From Andalucia godoyi And28 (Eukaryota > Protista > Jakobida), in the NCBI GenBank assembly GCA_009859145.1, contig VRVR01000006.1:62001-126000 (forward strand): a stretch of 64,000 nucleotides of DNA, in the 5' to 3' direction. Below the pieces are notes generated by a model, which made no database searches, had not been told where the DNA came from, and saw nothing but the letters and a program-made list of their open reading frames with translations. Positions 45,281 to 54,927 of the stretch are shown here, piece after piece (the first letter of the stretch is position 1; every line of letters begins with the position of its first letter). Made by a program: the position numbers and the translations under genes.

Positions 45281-45749
45281 CCGCTGCCACTTTTTGCGGT
45301 ATGATGAAGCAGTCTACAGCGCACGTAAAAACAAGAACCACTGCCACGCGCCATGCCGCATGCGTCTGTTATCTTGGCAACTCCGTCACACGATGCCCGA
45401 TTCGTTTCGCCCCATTTTGATCATGGAATCCTTATACACACACCGCCGCGTTGCATTCTCGCACAGCGACGCTCATTTCATTTCTTTATTTTTATTTTTA
45501 TTGTGCATGCAACGCATCATGTCCGTCACGCCCGCAACGCTGCGCAGGACCTGTGACAATCTCCACCGCCGCCGGAACGATCGACCGCGATTGGAACGGC
45601 GCGCGCAACATCTCTCTTAAGAGCGTCTCTCATGCCGAGGGGGCGTGTTGGGGCCTGCCCCCTTCCCAGTCATGTTATGCATGCTGGGTTGCAGCATTGA
45701 TTATGGGTGATCAGCGATGATCATCCGTGGTTCGTGTACAATGTAGGCG
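45281..45749 (+). mobile_element. Non-autonomous IS607/Fanzor2-derived element (copy A) with omegaRNA-like right end
   Basis: Homologous end to end with 57839-58212 (opposite strand). Encodes the relic IDRDWNGARNI RuvC-III peptide; begins CCGCTG and ends ATGTAGGCG. Confidence 0.88.
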
Positions 45750-45989
45750 CTTCGATCGCCTGCAAAAAACAAAAAAAACAAAAGGGCGCCTTTCCGCCTA
45801 ACCTTACTTTACGCTACTCCACTGCGCTCATTCCGATATTTCAGACAATGCTATTTCGACCGTCTTTTTTCATTCGCGCCAGTTCATCGCCACTCATTTG
45901 TTGTGGATGTTGTTGTTTATGTTTTTTTTTCACCTCCCGTCCTGAACCCCCCTCCCCTTCCCTTCCCCACGCTCGCAGTTCTGGACCTG

Positions 45990-46079
45990 CAGCATGTCTG
46001 GATCGCGATTGGAATCGCGAAGAACGGTTCGGCGTACTGGGACACAATGATTCATCATGCTTCGTGAACAATGTAGGGA
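45990..46079 (+). mobile_element. Degenerate right end of a further Fanzor2-derived element (copy D), tandem to copy A
   Basis: CTGGATCGCGATTGGAA (LDRDWN) followed by ...CTTCGTGAACAATGTAGG, matching the family terminus GTTCGTGTACAATGTAGG. Confidence 0.65.
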
Positions 46080-46371
46080 GTGCAGGGCCCGAAGAAAGGA
46101 GGGGGAGAGAAGGAGAAAGAAGAAGAAAACTGTTTCAATCGTTTATAAATGAGAAATCGGAATCAGACAACGAATACACAACTCATGTGAATCAGAATGA
46201 GAAGAAAAAGAAGAAAAGCAAAAGAAGAAAAGAGGGGGGGAAAGGAAGAAGACTTTCCGTGCTTCGCAACCGTTCTTCGCCTTCCTCTTTCCTCTTCTTG
46301 CAATTTTTCGTTCTATTTGTGTGCCTCGTTTCTCTTTCCTGATTATTATTTTTTTGTGCTTTTCTTTGGAA

Positions 46372-48303
46372 TTACGAGGCAGCCATCTGCTTCATGGGCA
46401 GAGGCTTGAGGTTGGTGGGACCTCCCTTTGTGACGTCATCTGCATCCTGGTCTTGCTTGATGTTACGCTTCATACCAAGAATAGCAAAGAACACGCCGAA
46501 AACGTACATCGCACCGATGACACCAAACGGCGTCGTGATCAGCGAGAAGGACGCAATTCCGTTGATACAGAGCTTACTTGACACACGGTCAAACACATCC
46601 ACGACGTAGGAGCATGCAGTAAGAGCCATGACATCCGCAGTAAGGTCCGAAATTCCGGCCGCGGAGGTAAGCAAGGTTGCAAAGTAATTCGAAACTTCCT
46701 GCGTATTGCAATTCAAAAACGACGACGAATTGAATGGAACGAGTGAAGTCGAGGTGTTCACGCACCAGTTCAACTGGCCACGAGTCGTTGCGGAGTTGAG
46801 ATTCAAGTATTGTCCAGAAATACCAGTTCCTAAGACTTCGGTGGAGGCGTTGGTCGTCGTGGTTCTGTACGCTCCAACCCACGTGTACTGCGGCGCAGTG
46901 CAATTCGGAAGCCCCGGAGCGGCACCAGGTGCGCACAACTGGTACAATCCACGAATGGACAGCGGGCAGGGCGAAGTCACGGAATAGCTGCTTTGCGAGC
47001 AAGAGTACGTGATGATGTTGAGAAGGTTCCACTGGAAATTCACGAGCCCTGAACGAGAGTCTTGTCCTGCACACTGGAGAACTGGGTTCAAATACTCTCC
47101 AGTGGGAGTGTACTTGGGCAATGTGCAATCCAGTGCCGGTTGGTTTTGGTCCTGAAGAGACTGAGAGAGCGCCTCGCAACTCCTTCGATCCTTGATGTAG
47201 GTGTTGACGGAAGTGCAGAAGTCGGCCAAGAGAACAGACAGCGGGAAATGGATGCCGAACAGGATCCAGACAACGAACAAAACCAGGAATCCAAAAACGG
47301 ACATGATGCATGCAGGCCAGCCACAGCAGAACACGGCCCCCAAGAATCCAAACAGGTTGATGAAGACGCAGAAAGCAAAAACTGCAATGATTCCAATGAC
47401 ACGGTAGTCGTCATATCCGCTAACGAGTTTCTTGACATCGTTGACGTTCTTGGCCACGTCTCCAATAGTCTTGTTCAGAGACGCAACCGTGTCTGTTGGC
47501 ACGAGAGTCATGTTGACGTTGGGCACATTGATCGATACAAGCGACTGGACCAAGGCAGTTGCCTTTGCATTCAGCGCATTGACCTTTCCAATGACCTCGT
47601 TCAAAATCGACACTGCGGTGTCGAAGATGTCACTCAGATCCGTGTGGAAGTCGTTGTTTCCAATGTATCCCATCACTGCCATTCCAACCACAACCGCAAA
47701 ACAAAGAATCATGCCGATGCGGACCCACCAGATTTCGCAACCGGTATAGTAACGTGTTTCGACACCACCAAACTCGTCCTTCTTGGGGCAGCAGCAGCCC
47801 TTTGACGGCTTGGTGCCTCCGCAGCATCCGCAGCACTTTCGTCCGCAGCAGAAGAAGAGGCCAAAGAACAGCGACAGAATCGCGATCAAGACTCCAATCG
47901 CCGCAATCAGAATAATGGACTGTTGATACTCCCAGTTATCAGGCTTGAACTGGTTTGACACCGGCTGTCCATTGAAGTCATACCGAGGAGTATCACGTGC
48001 GATTGTAATGGAAGAATCCGCAGCATCAGACTTGATGTCCAACAGCGATCGGCCCGAAACCGACGATGAAGATCCAGACGACGCTGGCACTGCCGCCGCA
48101 GCATATCCCGTCGCGGAAGGCATAACAGGCGAAAAGATGTGGAAAGACTGGGCCGAGTCCGCGACCAGAACCATCAAAAACGATGAAAACAGCAGAGAAA
48201 GACCAGTTCCAATCAACAGAAGTCCCACATACAGACGGAACCGCCCAGGATCCGAGAAGGCCAAGAACCCTCCAGCCGGCTTGGCGCACGAACCGCTCGT
48301 CAT
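46372..48303 (-). CDS. Tweety-family membrane protein
   Basis: F.PD..EYQQS before TM1, Cys-rich cytoplasmic loop, GN..F after TM2 and W...G...LSVLLADFC after TM4; 5-TM topology. Confidence 0.75.
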   Translation of the reverse strand: MTSGSCAKPAGGFLAFSDPGRFRLYVGLLLIGTGLSLLFSSFLMVLVADSAQSFHIFSPVMPSATGYAAAAVPASSGSSSSVSGRSLLDIKSDAADSSITIARDTPRYDFNGQPVSNQFKPDNWEYQQSIILIAAIGVLIAILSLFFGLFFCCGRKCCGCCGGTKPSKGCCCPKKDEFGGVETRYYTGCEIWWVRIGMILCFAVVVGMAVMGYIGNNDFHTDLSDIFDTAVSILNEVIGKVNALNAKATALVQSLVSINVPNVNMTLVPTDTVASLNKTIGDVAKNVNDVKKLVSGYDDYRVIGIIAVFAFCVFINLFGFLGAVFCCGWPACIMSVFGFLVLFVVWILFGIHFPLSVLLADFCTSVNTYIKDRRSCEALSQSLQDQNQPALDCTLPKYTPTGEYLNPVLQCAGQDSRSGLVNFQWNLLNIITYSCSQSSYSVTSPCPLSIRGLYQLCAPGAAPGLPNCTAPQYTWVGAYRTTTTNASTEVLGTGISGQYLNLNSATTRGQLNWCVNTSTSLVPFNSSSFLNCNTQEVSNYFATLLTSAAGISDLTADVMALTACSYVVDVFDRVSSKLCINGIASFSLITTPFGVIGAMYVFGVFFAILGMKRNIKQDQDADDVTKGGPTNLKPLPMKQMAAS

Positions 48304-48983
48304 TCCACTACTACTACTACTACTACTGCTACTACTACAACGGAAAGAATGATCCCAGGAATAGAACTCAATGTGCAGAATAAAAAAAGAAACGGAAAAA
48401 ACAAGAAAAGAAAAAAAAGAAGGCTAAAGAAGAAGAAGAAAGAATGAGGGAAAACCAGCAACAGTGAAGAAGGTGAAAAACAGTGACAAAAGGTGATGGA
48501 AGGAACAGAAGAAAGCTCAATGATTGGGCAAAACGGTTGGGGGATTCTGTCCCGTTGCTCTTGGAGGACGGCGCATTTTAAACAGAGGGCTAGGGTTATG
48601 GGAATATTTATTATTGTTTTAGGATTCGTTGATTGGAGCGAAAACCCTGTCAAATGTGTCAAGCAGTGATGGATTTGATCATACGCCCGCCATACAACGC
48701 AAGCACATTCGGATTGTCACTGTGCGTCAGCTGCGGCAAAACAAAAGACCCAAAAGAAACGCTGCCTATTTATTTTTTCTGCTCCTACCAAACTCTGCAA
48801 ACAAAACAGGAAAAAAACGGAACAGGCAAAATAAAAAAGAAAGAAAGAAAGGAAGTTACAAAACTACAATACAAATAATTTGACAGTCGGCGAGAAGAAG
48901 AAGAAAAAGGCAGAAAAGGAAACACTGCAATGTTTTATTTAATGATTAACGAACGACCAAGCGTTGAGGAAACATTTTAGCCA

Positions 48984-49964
48984 TCAAGAGTCTTTGAGTT
49001 TTCGGCCAGCGAACCATGGAATCAAGCGGCTGGTGGTCTTTTGGTACTCGCGATATGCGGGATACTTTGAGACTGAGATCTGCTCCGTGAAGGTGGTGGA
49101 TCCTTGGAACAACATGATGAGGGCCAGAGCCCCGAGTGCGGACCAGTTGTTCCACTGATACCCCGTTGCTGCAACAGAGAACAAGTAAAAAGAGATCCAG
49201 ATTGCTTGCTCCGAGAAGAAATTGGGGTGTCGGGAGTACTTAAAAAGCCCAGAAGTCAGGAACCCACGTGCATAGTCGCCTACTATGAGAGTCCGTGTTG
49301 CGTCCGCGTTCTTCGCCACAAGATCTCGTCTGCGGTACTTTTCATTCTGGAACACCCACTGCTGCTGATCGGCAACCGTTTCGACTGCTAAGAAAAACAG
49401 AAAGAGCCCCGCAGCTGCAAAGTCTAGTGCATTCAGCTGAGCAACCGTCTGAACATCTGCAGAGTGCAGAAGCGCAATGTACGCTGGCAAGGTGATCCAC
49501 AGCAGCAACACGTGCTGCACAGTGCAGATAAACGACACATTGAACAAAAACCATACAATCTTATTTCCCAGAATCGGATGCTTGCGCAAAATAGCCCAGC
49601 GATAGTCTTCTTCGCCGGAATACCCGCCCTTTCTCCAGAAGTTGTACGACAACCGCACGCCCCATACAAGAACCACTGCAAACATGAGCGTGTTCCGCGC
49701 ATTCCAGTTCCCAAGATACGCCAACGTAAACGCATACACGAGCGGCACAACCGACCACTGTCGATCCACAAAACTCGTGTCGCCCGTAAACAAAGATCCT
49801 ACAAACGCATACAGGGCAAACAACACTGCAATCGCAAGCACAACCACCAGCGCATCGCTCTGCTTCAAAAATGTCACGACAGAAGCATGAATCTCACACA
49901 CGATCGGCTGGAACTGCGCCCACGATTCTTGAAGAATCAAAATCGCACTCGCATAATCCGCCAT
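48984..49964 (-). CDS. DUF1295 / steroid 5-alpha-reductase C-terminal-like membrane protein
   Basis: S.VDR.WS..P, WG.RL.YNF.RKGGY...EDYRW, E..ADQQQW.FQ, GLF.YSRHPNFF.EQ..W and KYP.Y..YQ..T..LIP. Confidence 0.92.
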   Translation of the reverse strand: MADYASAILILQESWAQFQPIVCEIHASVVTFLKQSDALVVVLAIAVLFALYAFVGSLFTGDTSFVDRQWSVVPLVYAFTLAYLGNWNARNTLMFAVVLVWGVRLSYNFWRKGGYSGEEDYRWAILRKHPILGNKIVWFLFNVSFICTVQHVLLLWITLPAYIALLHSADVQTVAQLNALDFAAAGLFLFFLAVETVADQQQWVFQNEKYRRRDLVAKNADATRTLIVGDYARGFLTSGLFKYSRHPNFFSEQAIWISFYLFSVAATGYQWNNWSALGALALIMLFQGSTTFTEQISVSKYPAYREYQKTTSRLIPWFAGRKLKDS

Positions 49965-50645
49965 TTTTATGCTTATTCCTTTCGTTCTTCACCTGTTTTT
50001 CTTTCTCTCTTTTTTTTTCCTTCCTCCTTAATCTTTCTTCTCGTGTTTTACCTGGCTGAAATGTTTGGTTTCTTTTTTATCTTTTTCCACGATATTCCGA
50101 TGTGCGCTCACCCAAACATGAAAACAGAAAGAAGAGGTTCGATTCGAAAAGACCACGACTCTACAGTGGGTGTGGTTCCCTCCCCTCAGAAAGACCGCCT
50201 GCGATACACAGCATCAATACTAAAATGGTTCTAAATTGGTACCGCTCGCAATGCTGCCTGACAGTCGATCCTACGAAAACCAATCGTCCAGAGCGCTCCG
50301 AGAGTGACCGATTCGCAACACATCCGAACAGTGGACGACGACGAGAGCCAAATGAAAATGAAATAAGAACAAATAAAATCCCGAAAACGGGAACGAGACA
50401 GTGAGATTTCGTGTTTTATCTAGTCTTAGTCAGATGGAGGGGGAAAAAACCCTACGTTAGGGTTTCAAGCGTTTTTTCTTTTGGTCAGAAACGATGAAAA
50501 CGAAAACATAGCACAATAAAATGAGTTTAAAAGCTGCTAAAATGGTGAATGGTAATAGACCGAGCGTTGCGAGGAGAGAGAGTGCTACAAGCTGCTGTTT
50601 GGTGAGTGTGCACCGTCAATTCAGACATCCATTGCAAGGTTCGCT

Positions 50646-52214
50646 GTGGTGCTACGAATGTTTGTGTGCAGGCCGCAGGGCAAGTGTGTGCGGTTCACAT
50701 TTCGGTTGTTTTCATCGTCTTCAAAAAATGCAAGTGGGCGCGCAAATGTAGCAACGACGCAGCAAAGCGCTCATGGACGTGGATCGGATGGATCTTCTTC
50801 CACAACCAGTGCAACCAGTACTGCTTCTGTGGGAAGATATGTCAAGATGTTTGACACAAACATGACAACGAGAGCATACGCGCGAATGCTGCAGCACGAG
50901 TATCAGTACGTAGTGTCTACTCTTCTCCCAGACATTGAGCGGTTCAGGAACTTTCGGGATCCGCAGGCGTGGAAAGATGATGGAGTTGCTGAGCGGAAGA
51001 CCCGCGATGAGTTTCAGTACGTGTATTCTCATTTGAAACAGCTGCGACAAAAGATCAATGATATGGAGGTGCAGGATGTCGTTTACTCGGATCCGGCCGC
51101 GCAGAATGGCTCGGTTTGGATCTCGGCTATTGTGACTCTGTACAACGAATCGACACGACGCCTCGTCGAATACCAGATTGTCAGTCCGGAGGAGGAAGAC
51201 TACGAACTGGGAATGATTTCGTACAACAATACATTGGCACTGCAGATCATGCAGAAGCAGCCTGGAATCTGGATTGACTTGACAGACGACCTGTCCGTTC
51301 CTGAGCACGACAGGGCATGGATGTATCTCGTGGCGGTGGACTATGTCAAACCAACCAGTGCGCATTTGAAACGGCTGGACGAGATGGCTTCCGTAAGCAC
51401 AGAACAGGTGGAGCGGATTGAGAGGCTGATGCAAATTGGTGCAGAGCGACATTTGGATATCCTTTTTCAGAACAGAAGAGCGTATCTCGCCGACATGGAA
51501 AAAATGCGAAACTTTGCAATTGCACAGGATATGCAAGCTCTCGCGTCCCTCGAAGAGTTTACGCTTGCATTCGAGAGTCTGAAGCCGGAGGAACGCAAGG
51601 AATTCCTCGAAGGATTGGGAAAGCGTGCAGCGTTTGAAAAGTACGAGCAGGTGAACCCGGTGTTCTCGCTCCGGTTCGGAAGACGCATTGATGAAATGGC
51701 GGCTATTGATCCTGAAAAGAGAGATCCAGCGGAAGTCCGCCAGCTGGTTGACGAGGTGGAAAATTTATTCGAAACGTTGGTCATGGAGAACGATGTCCTC
51801 TTCTATCGGTTGATGCGCGACTCGAATTCGTTGAATGACGAAATGACCGCAGGCAACGTAATGGACGTCTTTGGAGAAGACTCTGAGGCCCCGACAGATG
51901 GGTCACTCTCAACTCCCAAGAAACTAAGAGGGGATTTAGAGTTTGCGGACGAGGAGAGTGACGAAGATGGTGATAGCGAAGATGAAGATGGTGATGATGA
52001 GGATGATGGCGATGGTGAAGATGATAATGTGGGAGACGACGAAGAGGACGGTTCCAACGAAGAGCTCGAACGGTTGGATGATGATGATGATCAATTCCAA
52101 ATGTTTGAAACAAAAAAGGATATGTTGCATGCCAGCAAGAATGAGAATGCACAGTCGTCAGAAAGCAGTGCGCCACTGCCGCAATCAATGAAGAAGAAGC
52201 CCTCCAAGACGTAA
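50646..52214 (+). CDS. Mitochondrion-targeted GreA/GreB-like transcript cleavage factor with long C-terminal extension
   Basis: Presequence-like N-terminus; T..AY..L..E....P, L...I.D..V, V.I.A.V.L, Y.IV..EE.D...G.ISY...LA...K..G and a terminal YLVAVDYVKP; acidic tail. Confidence 0.75.
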   Translation: MVLRMFVCRPQGKCVRFTFRLFSSSSKNASGRANVATTQQSAHGRGSDGSSSTTSATSTASVGRYVKMFDTNMTTRAYARMLQHEYQYVVSTLLPDIERFRNFRDPQAWKDDGVAERKTRDEFQYVYSHLKQLRQKINDMEVQDVVYSDPAAQNGSVWISAIVTLYNESTRRLVEYQIVSPEEEDYELGMISYNNTLALQIMQKQPGIWIDLTDDLSVPEHDRAWMYLVAVDYVKPTSAHLKRLDEMASVSTEQVERIERLMQIGAERHLDILFQNRRAYLADMEKMRNFAIAQDMQALASLEEFTLAFESLKPEERKEFLEGLGKRAAFEKYEQVNPVFSLRFGRRIDEMAAIDPEKRDPAEVRQLVDEVENLFETLVMENDVLFYRLMRDSNSLNDEMTAGNVMDVFGEDSEAPTDGSLSTPKKLRGDLEFADEESDEDGDSEDEDGDDEDDGDGEDDNVGDDEEDGSNEELERLDDDDDQFQMFETKKDMLHASKNENAQSSESSAPLPQSMKKKPSKT

Positions 52215-52348
52215 GGCACCTTGCGTTTATTCAAGGGAGGCGTTGCATATGGGTAGAGCATGTATAAAACACTAAAGATATGGCATTCGTTGATAGGATA
52301 GGGTTTTTCTGTTCTTCTTTAGTTAATGCAGAATTGTGCAAGGCGATT

Positions 52349-53488
52349 CTATTGCTGCTTTGCGTTTTCGCGAGCTGCAAGCTTTCTGGCGACCAACGCT
52401 GCCATGTAAGCATCCTCATCAAAGTCGTCACCATCATCGTCGTCTTCTTCTTTCTCTTCTCCCTCTCCCTCTCCATGCTGCTCTCGATCCGCTGCATCTG
52501 CCTCTTCAGACGCAGATGCAGATGCATGATCCGGGGTAGTCCGGTCAGTTGAATCTCCATGACCCCCCTTTCCATCATTCTCCTCCTCATCCTCATTGTC
52601 GTCGTCGTCGTCCCATCCTGCTTGCCATTCAAACTTTCGAGAGTGGTTGAAATTAATAAAGAACAGTTCATCGACCTGTTCACCATCGTCCATCTTCTTC
52701 TTCCATTCATTTCGCTCCGCCCTCTCCCTTTCAAACGTCTTTAGAAAATCAGCCTGCTTCTCCACGACTTCTCGAGCAGTCTTACACTCATGGTACGCAT
52801 CAAAATACGCCTTGTTGATCTTGTAGAAGTGTGTACCCCATTTGAACTTGGACATGACTGCGTCTCCCTCGTCTTTAAATCCGCAAATATACAACGACGC
52901 CGCAAGCGCTTCTGCACAGCTCAATTTGAAAGGGATTCCAAAATTAACTGGATTGGCAGCCACGCAAAGCGGTAGCAACCTCTCATGTGGCGATTTCAAC
53001 TTTGAAAACGGCACCTCATTGAGCTTGTTCCAAGAGCAGTCAACAACGCAAAGCCCCTTCTTCGCGATGACTTCGCGGTCTTCCATGGAAACTGCCTGTT
53101 TCCCAGTCGGAGTCAGTACCACTCCGCCAAACCTTGTCGACAATGGCAACGTTCGAATCATGTGCATTCGCGCAAGCTTCAAACCCGTGCATTTCTTTGC
53201 GTCGCACTGGTTAAAATGCCACATCGCCAAGTCCAGGTTGATCACTGGAGCCACCGAAGACTCCGCATCGCCTTCTTGATCATGTATGTATTCACCTTGT
53301 TCTGTTCGCTCTTTCCAATTCCGAGTGTCCCGGTACTTGTGCACCGCAGATGATCGTGAGTGTGCATGATGCCCATGCCCATGTCCAGAAGACGATGACG
53401 ATGACCCTCCTCCTTTTCGTCCACCTTTCTGCGAGTTGCGCGGATTATTCATGTCACCCCAGTCATCTCGACCCATCTTTCTGTCCAC
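52349..53488 (-). CDS. TSR3: 18S rRNA aminocarboxypropyltransferase
   Basis: LAMWHFNQCD.KKCTG.KL, VVDCSW, RLLP..VAANPVNFG.P.KLSCAEALAA and FKWG..F...N. Confidence 0.96.
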   Translation of the reverse strand: MDRKMGRDDWGDMNNPRNSQKGGRKGGGSSSSSSGHGHGHHAHSRSSAVHKYRDTRNWKERTEQGEYIHDQEGDAESSVAPVINLDLAMWHFNQCDAKKCTGLKLARMHMIRTLPLSTRFGGVVLTPTGKQAVSMEDREVIAKKGLCVVDCSWNKLNEVPFSKLKSPHERLLPLCVAANPVNFGIPFKLSCAEALAASLYICGFKDEGDAVMSKFKWGTHFYKINKAYFDAYHECKTAREVVEKQADFLKTFERERAERNEWKKKMDDGEQVDELFFINFNHSRKFEWQAGWDDDDDNEDEEENDGKGGHGDSTDRTTPDHASASASEEADAADREQHGEGEGEEKEEDDDDGDDFDEDAYMAALVARKLAARENAKQQ

Positions 53489-53684
53489 CTCTAGAGTTTC
53501 CCTCTACCCTGTTCTTCAACGCACCTTCTTGCTGATCGAGCGTCCCGATTATTATCTATTATTTCCTGCAAAATTGTATTTAATAATAATGATATATAAA
53601 ATAATGTAAAAAGGGAAGGTTTTGGACTTTGCACTACAGCCAGGAAAAAAAGAAAGGATGAAAATAGAGAGAGCCTCTGTCATT

Positions 53685-54212
53685 CGCCTACATTATACAC
53701 TGAACATGCTGCATACTTACGAATAGACATGCATATTCAATCTTGCATCCCGTTGCCGGGAAGAGGATAGGCCCCAACACGCCTCACGGCGTTCTTCAGA
53801 TAAACGTTCCGCGCTCCGTTCCCAATCTCGATCAATCTGCGAGCTGCACGAGGGACATGCAAACACTTTGCTGCTTCCGCCTCGACGTGCATGGGATCTT
53901 ACCCGCAGCGCCCGCACGTTTTGGACGTGTACTCCTCCGTCACGATGGCAACATGGCGCTCGCGATACTCGGTCGCCTTATGGAACAAACGTTGCAAAAA
54001 ATGAAACCAGCGAATGATAGAATAGATGGCTACGGATGCTGCGTTAAAGAGTGTCGAAAATGCGGAGCCTGTGTCACCGGCTGAATTTTGGCCGAGCGTG
54101 CATAAGCACGAATTCCTGTGAAACAAAAAACATGCGAGTGTCGTCCAGTATCGACCGTGTCTGTTTATGTATACTTCCGCATGCATGACAATGACGTGTC
54201 ATTGTTCAACGG
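53685..54212 (-). mobile_element. IS607/Fanzor2 deletion derivative (copy B) with pseudogenised TnpB C-terminus and omegaRNA-like end
   Basis: W.HFLQRLFHKATEY...VTEEYTSKTCGRCG-stop/frameshift-GGSSKVFACPSC...IDRDW. Begins CCGTTG and ends GTGTATAATGTAGGCG. Confidence 0.9.
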
Positions 54213-54355
54213 AAGTTCAGGGTACAGAACGTAATACTCCGATAGCAGGTTGATGACCGGCGGAAAAGTGAAAGAGTTGCTTGCATGGGACAGCTGGCTT
54301 CCAAGAGGAGGACCGGAGGGAGGTTGACGGTGGAGGGGATAGTGGGGAAAGATAA

Positions 54356-54652
54356 ATGACGATTGAACACGTTGTCATGTGGAGATTGCGGTCGGATGTG
54401 ACGGATGCAGAGGTTTTAGAACTTCGAGAAGCAATCGAAGCGATGAACGGAGGAGTGATTCCTGGAGTTCGAGACGTTGTTTTCCGAAAGAGCATTTCTG
54501 GTCGTGCAAAAGGATTCGATTATGTGCTTCGGTGTTTCATGGAGTCGAAAGAAGATTTGGATGCATATGCCGTCCATCCGTTGCACGTGCGTGTCAAGGA
54601 CATTGTTGCCAAACTTCGTGAAGACTTGCTGTGCATTGACATTGAACTGTAA
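54356..54652 (+). CDS. Stress-responsive A/B barrel (Dabb) protein
   Basis: IEHVVMWRL...IPGV...G..GFDY.L...ES.E.LDAY..HP.H..V. Confidence 0.88.
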   Translation: MTIEHVVMWRLRSDVTDAEVLELREAIEAMNGGVIPGVRDVVFRKSISGRAKGFDYVLRCFMESKEDLDAYAVHPLHVRVKDIVAKLREDLLCIDIEL

Positions 54653-54726
54653 CCATGCATGCAGCACGAGTAATAGTAGTCGCGGTGGTGGTGGTGGTAA
54701 AATGTTTTGATGGTTATTCTTTTCTT

Positions 54727-54835
<109 letters not shown>

Positions 54836-54927
54836 CTTTTTCTTGTCAAGAAGTGGGTGGCGAAAACAAAGTATGAGGATGGTATCGATTTCCTCAACTG
54901 GGGATGGCCTGTGTGTGCGCGCGTGTT

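Noticed and set aside
44568-45347. 259-aa ORF as annotated in the track
   Set aside because: Its 5-prime end runs into Fanzor2 copy A and its 3-prime end reads through an intron. Only about 45197-44878 is a real exon of the GH1-like gene.
50150-50350. GTGTATCGCAGGCG on the minus strand resembling the Fanzor2 terminus, or an snRNA
   Set aside because: Only partial terminal similarity, no upstream scaffold motifs, and no U1/U2/U4/U5/U6 signature found.
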